Below are positions 56,746 through 64,000 of a DNA stretch of 64,000 nt, in pieces (the stretch's first letter is position 1; every line of letters starts with the position of its first letter). Position numbers and translations under genes: made by a program. The notes beneath the pieces are model-generated. The model worked only from the letters and a program-made list of their open reading frames with translations, was not told the DNA's origin and did no database searches. This DNA comes from Turneriella sp. (GTDB lineage: Bacteria; Spirochaetota; Leptospiria; Turneriellales; Turneriellaceae), in the NCBI GenBank assembly GCA_965279515.1, contig CBDIID010000003.1, positions 3,232,001 to 3,296,000 on the forward strand, given 5' to 3'.

Positions 56746-57861
56746 TTACTGCCCGCAAGCGGACTTTTGCAGCTTGGTGATGTGGCCTTCATAAGACCAC
56801 ACCGCTGAGCGGAAACGGCCCCAGTTTTTACCTTTGAGCCCCTGGTCCATGGTCTTCGCCAGCGTTACCATCTGTTTATCGCCGCCGGCCTGAATCAGTG
56901 CCTTCACCATATCTTTATAACCCACGAGGTCTTCTTTCTGGGTATTGAAGTTAAACTTCGGCGGCATTTCCGTCTTCAGCGATACAAGCGCCGATTGAAA
57001 CTCGGTCAGCGCCTGGCACTGTTCGGTCTGCTCGTCGCTGCCCGCGGCCTGCGCCGGAGTGATATCCTGCTCGATACTCGCCTGCGGTGTCTGTGCAGCA
57101 GCGCCTTTCACGAGCTGGTACTGGGGATCCTGGGTTTTCTGTTGCGCGCTATTGATCTGTATCTGCCGCGTCGCCTGCTGCATGATCGTATCCCAGTTGG
57201 TATCGTTCTTCTTTACCTCGCCGCGCACGATCGTCACAAACCGGCTCGTGAATGCCCCGCCCGCAGAGTCTTCGCCGAAAGAGAATTGTCCGATCTGCGA
57301 GCCCGAAACATAGATGCGGCCGGAGAATTCGACGAATAGCTTCTTCCAGAGTTCGTCCTTATCTTGTTGCATCGCGCGCGAGCCCATCGAGCGCGGCGGG
57401 TTGTCAATAAAGCTGTTGCAAGAATCGCTGATCGCGAGTATCATGCGGGGCTTTTTCGCGGCAAGTGTGTCAATCACCCATTGAAAATCCACACCCTTTT
57501 CGCCCGCGTCGGGAATATAGAGCAGCGGCCAGCGCGTTTTCACCTGGTGCGTTCTGAAGCCGTGGCCTGAGTAGTAGAAAAACACTGCATCATCGGGGTC
57601 TGCCTTGAGGCCTGTCACCGCCGCAGTCACGAGTTTCGACTTGATCTGTGCGCCTTTGAGCACCTTGAGGTCGAGGGTTAGCCCCGTGCGCGCCGCAATG
57701 TCGCGTGCGAAGGCTTCGACGTTCTTGAGGTCAGTGACGACAGATTTACCGATCGAACGGTCGTTGGTGTCGCCGATGAGCAGTACGCGGAATGACGCTG
57801 CCGAAACGGCTACAGGCAGAAGCAGAAAGGCGGCGATGGCCGCTGCAAAAACATTACGCAT
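56746..57861 (-). CDS. Secreted caspase-family (peptidase C14) protein
   Basis: Signal peptide; FYYSGHG (His) and ISDSCNS (Cys) dyad; GGAFT. Confidence 0.85.
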   Translation of the reverse strand: MRNVFAAAIAAFLLLPVAVSAASFRVLLIGDTNDRSIGKSVVTDLKNVEAFARDIAARTGLTLDLKVLKGAQIKSKLVTAAVTGLKADPDDAVFFYYSGHGFRTHQVKTRWPLLYIPDAGEKGVDFQWVIDTLAAKKPRMILAISDSCNSFIDNPPRSMGSRAMQQDKDELWKKLFVEFSGRIYVSGSQIGQFSFGEDSAGGAFTSRFVTIVRGEVKKNDTNWDTIMQQATRQIQINSAQQKTQDPQYQLVKGAAAQTPQASIEQDITPAQAAGSDEQTEQCQALTEFQSALVSLKTEMPPKFNFNTQKEDLVGYKDMVKALIQAGGDKQMVTLAKTMDQGLKGKNWGRFRSAVWSYEGHITKLQKSACGQ

Positions 57862-57864
57862 GAT

Positions 57865-58410
57865 TTATTTTCCGTTGCCGAGTTTGCTCAGACCCGGGTC
57901 ACCGGGAAAAACTTCCAGCGAAAGCGCCAGTATCTCTTTGCGTGCGGCGTCGAAATCTTCCAGGTTACCTTGCTTGCCGTCGCGCCCGAATGCCACTTCG
58001 TTGCACGAGAAGCAAAATAAGGCATGCGCCTGCTTGCCGTCTTTTTCAAAGATAAATCCGACATAGGGCCTGAACGGGCAACGCTTCGTGGTGGCGAAAT
58101 CGTATGTTCCAGTATTGAATATCGTCGCCTGCAGTCGCTTTATATGATCGGCGGTCAGGGCCTTGCCTTTTTTGACGATTGCGTAATTTTCGAGATTTTC
58201 CTGTTTTTCGCCGGAACCCTGTTCTGAATTCACGAGCACGGGAATCACACGCGTGGCATCGGCATAGATATCCTTGCCGGCCAAAAGTTTTTCGACCTGG
58301 GCGTCGACGTTACCTGTGAACATATTTTTTCCCTCCGAGCCGCTGCCGCCCGATTTGCATGCAGAAACTGCGAATACTGCAGCCGCGATGGCTACGCTGA
58401 TTTTTTTCAT
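57865..58410 (-). CDS. Hypothetical lipoprotein
   Basis: MKKISVAIAAAVFAVSAC; KRCPFRP..G..F and LFCFSCNE. Confidence 0.75.
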   Translation of the reverse strand: MKKISVAIAAAVFAVSACKSGGSGSEGKNMFTGNVDAQVEKLLAGKDIYADATRVIPVLVNSEQGSGEKQENLENYAIVKKGKALTADHIKRLQATIFNTGTYDFATTKRCPFRPYVGFIFEKDGKQAHALFCFSCNEVAFGRDGKQGNLEDFDAARKEILALSLEVFPGDPGLSKLGNGK

Positions 58411-58439
58411 GGCGTGATTTACCGGAGAGGTTCGGGAAG

Positions 58440-58859
58440 TCAATGACTAACCGCGGTTTTTAACGCGGCGCCCAGCTTTTGCGCGATCGCGTCGCGGCCT
58501 TCAGATGTATAGGGTGTCATAGGCAGATTTCCCCATACGGGTTTCGGCCATGCGGCGTCGTTATCGAAGCGCGCAATGACGTGCACGTGCAGTTGTGGCA
58601 CAACATTTCCCAGCGCAGCAATATTCAGCTTAGTGGGATGCACTGCGGTTTTCAAAACAGCGCTCGTTATCGCGATTTCTTTCCAGAGCGTTGCCTGGTC
58701 GGGCTCACTGAGATCAATGATCTCCCGTAAATCGGCGCGGCGCGGTATCAGCAAAAGCCAGGGTAATGCCGCGACATCCATGAGCCGCACCGCGCAGAGA
58801 TCGAGATCGAGCACGGGTACCGAATCGGCGGCAATTTGCGGGTGGAGTTCAAAGGCCAT
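58440..58859 (-). CDS. HIT family protein
   Basis: MAFELHPQIAADS, PWLLLIPR and KLNIAALGNVVPQLHVHVIARF..DAAWP.PVW. Confidence 0.93.
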   Translation of the reverse strand: MAFELHPQIAADSVPVLDLDLCAVRLMDVAALPWLLLIPRRADLREIIDLSEPDQATLWKEIAITSAVLKTAVHPTKLNIAALGNVVPQLHVHVIARFDNDAAWPKPVWGNLPMTPYTSEGRDAIAQKLGAALKTAVSH

Positions 58860-58860
58860 G

Positions 58861-59514
58861 TTATGCGTAAGTTGCCAGATCGGAAAATCTTTCGAGCCTG
58901 ATCGCGTACTCGGTGATTTCGCCCGCCGGCGCATGGCCATAGGCGCACCAGGCAAAATCCCCGCGAATCGCCTGCGCCGCTTCGAGATCGCTCAGGCGGT
59001 CGCCGACCATGAGAATCTGTTTCGCTTCAATACCCGAGGCGACATAGGTTTTCAGGATATCGCCCTTAGTGAAGATCTTAATCCCATCAATATAAGTGGG
59101 ATTTATCACGTAGTCGAAAATCTTCAACTGGCGCAGTATTGCTTCGATATAGGGCCGCCGGCCGTTCGACGCCACGAGAATTTTACCGCCACACGCCCGT
59201 ATCGCTTCGACGGTCGCATGCACATCAGGGTAATATTCCCCTTCGCCCTTGTCGATCCGCGCACAGAGGAGGCCAAGAATGCTGTCAGAGATCTCGTAGC
59301 GGTCGGCGTCGGGCAGATCGGGAAAGAGATTCTCGAAGATCTTTTTGACCGGCTTACCGATCTCGAGCATGATGCGCTCGCGGCCGGGGGTAACGAGCGT
59401 GGTACCACGGGCTTTGCAGAAATTTTCGATCGCCTCTTTGTAGGTCGGATAGATAATTTCTTCTGAGGAAAAGATGGTGCCGTCGATATCGAGGGCGAAA
59501 TATTTATATTTCAC
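58861..59514 (-). CDS. HAD family hydrolase
   Basis: DIDGT, ASNG, K and MVGDR.SD motifs. Confidence 0.92.
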   Translation of the reverse strand: MKYKYFALDIDGTIFSSEEIIYPTYKEAIENFCKARGTTLVTPGRERIMLEIGKPVKKIFENLFPDLPDADRYEISDSILGLLCARIDKGEGEYYPDVHATVEAIRACGGKILVASNGRRPYIEAILRQLKIFDYVINPTYIDGIKIFTKGDILKTYVASGIEAKQILMVGDRLSDLEAAQAIRGDFAWCAYGHAPAGEITEYAIRLERFSDLATYA

Positions 59515-59517
59515 GTC

Positions 59518-60135
59518 TTATTTAGATTTATACTGCAAGGGTACTTCAATGGAATAACCCATATTTTGTCCATTCACCACATGCGGTGGGCATTTTTTCG
59601 CGCCGAACGCGCGTGCCCCTGCTTTGATGAATAGTTTTCGCATTGCCGGTACCTGGTCCTCATCTACATCGGGGGGGAACTCTACGGCAATAGGGGTGTC
59701 TGAGCGCACATTACCAAACTTATCGACAACCAGCCGCACTGTTACTGTAGCTATCTGCACATAAGGTTTGGCTTCCGTCGGAAAATTATGGCTTGCGCAT
59801 TTGCCGATATCCGGAATCTGTTCGCTACCGGTTAGGTTCACCGGCGGTGCGGTATCGACTTCGTGCGCTGCGGGTGGAACATTCTTTTCGACGGGCGCAG
59901 TTTTGTCCGCCGGTAAAACCGGTTTTACTTTTTCGGCCTGCGCGGCTTTTGACGGCGGAAGTTTGATTTCTGCTGTGGGTGGTTGCGGCGTATTGACAGC
60001 CGGTTGCGGCGTGCTCGCGGGTGCAAGGTTTGCCGCCGTCTGCGGTGTGCCCGGCCCGCAAGGTTTCAGGAAAAACAGGATTGCTGCGGCCGCACCTGCA
60101 ATGAACAGGAATATCAGTACATTACGCGTAGACAT
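59518..60135 (-). CDS. TonB-like protein (TM anchor, Pro-rich linker, TonB_C-like domain)
   Basis: N-terminal TM, Pro/Ala-rich spacer, then FPTEAK...VTVRLVVDKFGNV...P..VNGQ....IEVPL.Y. Confidence 0.65.
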   Translation of the reverse strand: MSTRNVLIFLFIAGAAAAILFFLKPCGPGTPQTAANLAPASTPQPAVNTPQPPTAEIKLPPSKAAQAEKVKPVLPADKTAPVEKNVPPAAHEVDTAPPVNLTGSEQIPDIGKCASHNFPTEAKPYVQIATVTVRLVVDKFGNVRSDTPIAVEFPPDVDEDQVPAMRKLFIKAGARAFGAKKCPPHVVNGQNMGYSIEVPLQYKSK

Positions 60136-60158
60136 CGGGGAATAATTCTGAGCAGAGC

Positions 60159-60854
60159 CTAATTGTAAAGCTCATAACTCAGCGGCACTTCGAGTTTATA
60201 GGGCTTGGGCGAGCCGCCTGCCGAGTAGATCGGGCAACGCCGCCCCAATAACGATGCACGAGCTGCGTTCATGAATAATGTCTTCATTCTGGCCTTGAGA
60301 TCGGGGGGCAGTTCTTTATTCAGCTTCACGTACAGTGGCTTCGCCTCGCGCACGATGCCCGTCTTGTCTACGGTGATCTGAATGGGTACGAGTGCTTCTT
60401 CGACATAGGCTTTCGCTTCCGCCGGAAAATTGCGCACGGCGCAGCGCGCAATGTTCGGGGCATTACCGCCCGAACCTGTGCCGTCGACGTCGAGATCGAC
60501 AACACCTTCGCCGTCGACGCTGCCGCCGGCTTCGTTCGCGGGCAGGTTAGTGGCTTCTTTCTTCTCTTTGACGAACTGGTTGCCGAAGACTTCATCAATC
60601 TCGATTACGGGAGCCTTGCGCGCGCGCGGTTTAAAATCCCCCAGGTCAATCGACGCCGATGAGAATGGAATCTCACGGCCTTCGCCCTGCCAGCTCACGC
60701 CGATGTAGACACCGGCTTCCGTGGCAAGAATGAGTGCAAACGCGATGGCGAGATATTTCTTTTTTTTGTCGTCGGGAACTTTGCGGAAAGAATTGATCAG
60801 ACCGCCGAACACGCGTTCGCCGCTTGAAAGCAGTATACCACCCAACTCTTCCAC
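60159..60854 (-). CDS. TonB-like protein (paralog of 59518-60135)
   Basis: One TM, then FPAEAK...IQITVDKTGIV...P.Y..GG.P....LEVPLSY. Confidence 0.65.
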   Translation of the reverse strand: MEELGGILLSSGERVFGGLINSFRKVPDDKKKKYLAIAFALILATEAGVYIGVSWQGEGREIPFSSASIDLGDFKPRARKAPVIEIDEVFGNQFVKEKKEATNLPANEAGGSVDGEGVVDLDVDGTGSGGNAPNIARCAVRNFPAEAKAYVEEALVPIQITVDKTGIVREAKPLYVKLNKELPPDLKARMKTLFMNAARASLLGRRCPIYSAGGSPKPYKLEVPLSYELYN

Positions 60855-60925
60855 GCCGCCAGCACCTAAGGTAAAATCACAGGGACAAGATTTAATCGCA
60901 TACGGGGTGCGACGGCGCCATCAAA

Positions 60926-61405
60926 TCAGGACTTTTTGTTCGTCAGCACCTTTTTCTCCGGCGGGCAGGTGGTGCATTCGGCGTAAATTGTCAGGTGGTG
61001 CTCTTTCATGCGGAAACCGTTCTTCAGGGTAATCTTTTCTTTCAGGTTTTCGAGGCCTGAATCTGCAAACTCAATGATCTTGCCGCAGTCCATGCAGACA
61101 ATATGGTCGTGGTGTTCATGCCCCGGAGTATGCTCATAGAACTTATAGTCTTTGCCGAAATCATGCTCTTCGATGAGCTTCAGGTCAAGCATCATCTGTA
61201 TGACGCGGTATGCCGTTGCCTGCGAGACCTTCTTGCCTTTTTCCCGGAACGAAGCGATCAGTTCTTCGACGGTAAAATGTTCGTGCGTGCGAAAAATCCA
61301 GTCGGCGATTTCATCGCGCTGCGGCGTCGATTTATACTGATTTTGCTGCATGCGCTCTTTCAGCAGGGTCATCTCGCGGGTGATGTTGGCGGCACGCGGT
61401 TCCAT
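60926..61405 (-). CDS. Fur family transcriptional regulator
   Basis: TPQR, HFTVEEL, VSQATAYR, HHDHIVCMDCGKIIEF and ECTTC. Confidence 0.95.
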   Translation of the reverse strand: MEPRAANITREMTLLKERMQQNQYKSTPQRDEIADWIFRTHEHFTVEELIASFREKGKKVSQATAYRVIQMMLDLKLIEEHDFGKDYKFYEHTPGHEHHDHIVCMDCGKIIEFADSGLENLKEKITLKNGFRMKEHHLTIYAECTTCPPEKKVLTNKKS

Positions 61406-61491
61406 ATGCTTAGGGGGCGAGTTAAAAGGCGCTCGTCAAGTCTAATTATATAGTCGGATTGACTTCTCTGCTACAAAATCTATTCTGCAGC

Positions 61492-62478
61492 ATGTTCTTT
61501 TCGAAACTTAACCCATTTCTGCGCTCGCTGCTGTTCGCCGCTTTTTGCGGCGCGGCGTATGGAATTCTGACGCAGCTCTTTGCCCGCTTCGGTATGAAGA
61601 ACGACAAACCGATTCCAGAAGCCTTTCTCGTCATGTCGGCGGCGTACGTCTTTTTGTTACCCGCGGTGATCGGTATGGTGCATGTTTTTATCCGCAGCCG
61701 TGAAAAACCGATCGGTTATGCGGGCGCGATTTTTGAACCGCTCTTGCCCTCGTTATTATGCCTGGTCTTCTCTGTGCTCGTCCATTGGGAAGGTACCATC
61801 TGCCTCATCATGGCTTTGCCGATAATGCTGGCCCTTGCCGCGCTCGGCGGGCTTATCATGCGCCTGATACTGAATTTCAAAAACAAGAACCTCGTCTTTG
61901 CGACCTTTGTTTTCCTGCCGATACCCCTGTCTTTTGCCGAACAACAGATTCCCCTGCCGCAGGAGAAACAGATTGTCGCCAACTCCATACGCATCAACGC
62001 CCCCGCCGCGACTGTCTGGAAAAAAATTGTGCGCGTTGAGAAGATTACCGAACCGCAGGAAAGTATGTTTTTCAGCATGGGGTTTCCCCGCCCCGTTGAA
62101 GCCGTGCTGTCAGGCGACGGCGTAGGGCAGACACGCCTTGCGACATTCGAACGCGGCCTGCAGTTTTTTGAGACAGTAACGCACTGGCGCGAGAATGAAA
62201 AGCTCGGCTTCACGATCAAGGCCGACCCGAAGATGACGCCGATCACTACGCTCGATGCGCACGTGACTGTCGGCGGGGCGTTCTTTGACGTTCTGACCGG
62301 GGTTTATGAAATCGAAAAAATCACGGAACGCGAGATCAATCTGAAGCTCTACAGCGAACACCGTATCTCGACGCATTTCAACTTCTATGCCCGCCTGTGG
62401 AGCCGGTTTCTCATGGGTGAGATACAATCGAATATTCTGACGGTGATCAAAAAACGGGCAGAAGCAGAAAAGGGTTAA
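61492..62478 (+). CDS. Membrane protein with a C-terminal SRPBCC-like domain
   Basis: About 5 TMs with EGTICLIMA.P, then IRINAP..TVWK and GFPRPVEA. Confidence 0.78.
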   Translation: MFFSKLNPFLRSLLFAAFCGAAYGILTQLFARFGMKNDKPIPEAFLVMSAAYVFLLPAVIGMVHVFIRSREKPIGYAGAIFEPLLPSLLCLVFSVLVHWEGTICLIMALPIMLALAALGGLIMRLILNFKNKNLVFATFVFLPIPLSFAEQQIPLPQEKQIVANSIRINAPAATVWKKIVRVEKITEPQESMFFSMGFPRPVEAVLSGDGVGQTRLATFERGLQFFETVTHWRENEKLGFTIKADPKMTPITTLDAHVTVGGAFFDVLTGVYEIEKITEREINLKLYSEHRISTHFNFYARLWSRFLMGEIQSNILTVIKKRAEAEKG

Positions 62479-63161
62479 TCCGCCCGGGTGGGGATGAGTT
62501 TTATTTCTCTCTCTTCGCCTTCTTCAGCGAGAAACAGTTTCACCGCCACCGCGCCCACTGCCTGTGTTGCTGCGCCGTCGATCGCTGCGCCCACGACGCC
62601 GCCCGCGATCGGAATCAACTTCGAAAGATTACCCGCGCTGGCGAGACCCATCTTCGCCAGTAACCGCGCCGCCACGCTTGAAGCCATATTCTTGGCCACC
62701 GCTGCGGTCATGCGCGAAATCGCCGTCCGTGTCAGATGTTCACCGAGGCGAATTCCCGCATCTTTGAGAATATCAACGGCGGCAGAACCCAGAAGGCTCG
62801 TATAGACAAGGGTGCGCACCTTATCCGATTCGACTTCGTAACCGCCCATAATTGCAATCGCAGCAATCATACGAACCTGTACATAGAGTACGCTGGAAAT
62901 ATTCGCGGGAATCGCAATCGGCAGCGTGGCAACGCCGCCGAGGTTGGTGAGAAATCCCGAAGTCGCGGCCTTGGTCGTTTGCCAGAGAATTAAATCCTGC
63001 GCTGCCTTGCGCGTATCGCCGCCATTCTTTTCAAGATATTCGCGGGCCAGAACACCCGCCGATGGAAAAAATCCGAAGCCGTTCAGTACCTGCAGGTAGG
63101 CACTGTCGAGTACCCTTTGCATGGCATTGGAATCTTGTTTAATAGGTATGTTTTCTTCCAT
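62475..63161 (-). CDS. EcsC family protein
   Basis: TSGFLTNLGG..TLP.AIPAN...VLYVQ.RMIAAIA..GGY and KLIPIAGGVVGA..D. Confidence 0.88.
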   Translation of the reverse strand: MEENIPIKQDSNAMQRVLDSAYLQVLNGFGFFPSAGVLAREYLEKNGGDTRKAAQDLILWQTTKAATSGFLTNLGGVATLPIAIPANISSVLYVQVRMIAAIAIMGGYEVESDKVRTLVYTSLLGSAAVDILKDAGIRLGEHLTRTAISRMTAAVAKNMASSVAARLLAKMGLASAGNLSKLIPIAGGVVGAAIDGAATQAVGAVAVKLFLAEEGEEREIKLIPTRAD

Positions 63162-63252
63162 GCAACCCCTATGCGAAGGATAATATTTCGTAAAACTCTT
63201 TTCACCTTGAATTCAATTTGTCACGCAAACTTCTGACAGTGATAACCGAGCT

Positions 63253-63657
63253 ATGAAAAAATACGACTTGCATGGTTTTATTACATGGCGTTTACCCGAG
63301 GGGATTATCCGCACCGAAGCCAAGGCCGGTGTTGATATAGTGCTCGGTTATGCGATTGAAAACAGCCTGATTGTGAATGAACTCTGCCGCGGTCGCAAAC
63401 ACCCGTTGCTCATCGACCTGAAGAATCTGAAATCGATCACTCCGCAGGCGCGTGCGTATTTTTCGGCGCGTGACCGTGAAACCGACATCAACGCCTTTGG
63501 TTTTATCATCCATTCGACATTCCAGCGCATGGTGGGCAATATTTTCATTCAGTTCAACAATCCTCCCTTACCTACACGCCTCTTCACCAGCGAGGCCGCA
63601 GCGCTCGCGTGGCTGCGCACCTACACTCCCATCGCCAAAAGAGCCCTCTCAGCATAG
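63253..63657 (+). CDS. STAS/SEC14-like small protein
   Basis: PLLIDL......PQARAYF and P.LPTRLFTSEAAALAWL. Confidence 0.75.
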   Translation: MKKYDLHGFITWRLPEGIIRTEAKAGVDIVLGYAIENSLIVNELCRGRKHPLLIDLKNLKSITPQARAYFSARDRETDINAFGFIIHSTFQRMVGNIFIQFNNPPLPTRLFTSEAAALAWLRTYTPIAKRALSA

Positions 63658-63707
63658 TCTGCAATGTCTTGACGCCGCCGCGGTCGATTGCGATCGCTCG
63701 TGCATAA

Positions 63708-64000
63708 ATGATCAACATCGACGCCATCGTGAACTGGATCCAATCGATCCATGAGCCCTATACCTACATGCTTGTTTTCGGCATCCTGTTACTCTGCGGT
63801 TTCGGTCTGCCGATTCCCGAAGATATTACCCTGATCACCGGCGGTCTTATGGCGTATTACGGCAAAGCCGATGTCTTTGTCATGATTGGCGTTGGTCTTG
63901 CCGGTGTGATGATTGGTGACGGCGCGATGTTCCAGATCGGCAAACGTTTCGGCACGCGCGTCTTCGAATGGAAGTGGATGGCGAAAATTTTACACGCCGA
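63708..64000 (+). CDS. DedA family membrane protein, 5' portion (runs off the window end)
   Basis: Not in the ORF track. Reads MINIDAIVNWIQ...LLLCGFGLPIPEDITLITGG...GVMIGDGAMFQIGKRFG. Confidence 0.9.
   Translation, partial: MINIDAIVNWIQSIHEPYTYMLVFGILLLCGFGLPIPEDITLITGGLMAYYGKADVFVMIGVGLAGVMIGDGAMFQIGKRFGTRVFEWKWMAKILHA

Noticed and set aside
58576..59466. 296-aa + strand ORF
   Set aside because: It overlaps the well-supported HIT and HAD genes on the opposite strand.
63200..63245. Short palindromes TTGAATTCAA and TGTCA-N10-TGACA in the EcsC / STAS-like spacer
   Set aside because: Too short to distinguish from chance without comparative data.
1..64000. tRNA, rRNA, IS elements, integrases, prophage or defence genes
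   Set aside because: None recognised. Intergenic gaps are short and no transposase, recombinase, Cas or restriction-type motifs were seen.

Overview
A gene-dense, moderately GC-rich 64 kb bacterial chromosomal segment. It is most consistent with a Leptospiraceae spirochaete (Turneriella-like). This is inferred from the spirochaetal-style lipoproteins, a Loa22-like OmpA lipoprotein and a Leptospira-type FecR, not from a database match. Housekeeping anchors are gltB (5' part), aroC, mnmG, dtd and ppdK. Between them lie many accessory envelope and signalling genes. I found no rRNA, tRNA, CRISPR array, transposase or integrase. The best candidates for undescribed systems are: (1) a tightly coupled aroC / AEC transporter / atypical ketosynthase (Cys-His-Gln) / 7TM-AAA+-Fis regulator operon that could be a make-export-sense signalling unit; (2) an ECF sigma / anti-sigma pair with an extracytoplasmic glycogen-binding CBM48 domain, a second CBM48 lipoprotein and a beta-barrel; (3) an ECF / FecR / beta-propeller lipoprotein / small-barrel cluster with no TonB-dependent receptor, where FecR and the barrel appear to share a small Sm-like domain; (4) an arsC-acr3-arsR operon carrying a Cys-rich ATP-grasp ligase; (5) a sterol-desaturase-family enzyme coupled to a low-complexity protein with repeated SSKS motifs. 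Also present are mdoGH (OPG synthesis), a 95-bp duplicated 3' gene remnant flanking an AT-richer insert, a sigma-54 promoter at gltB and several palindromic operator candidates. All family assignments come from recognising motifs by eye; none were run against databases.
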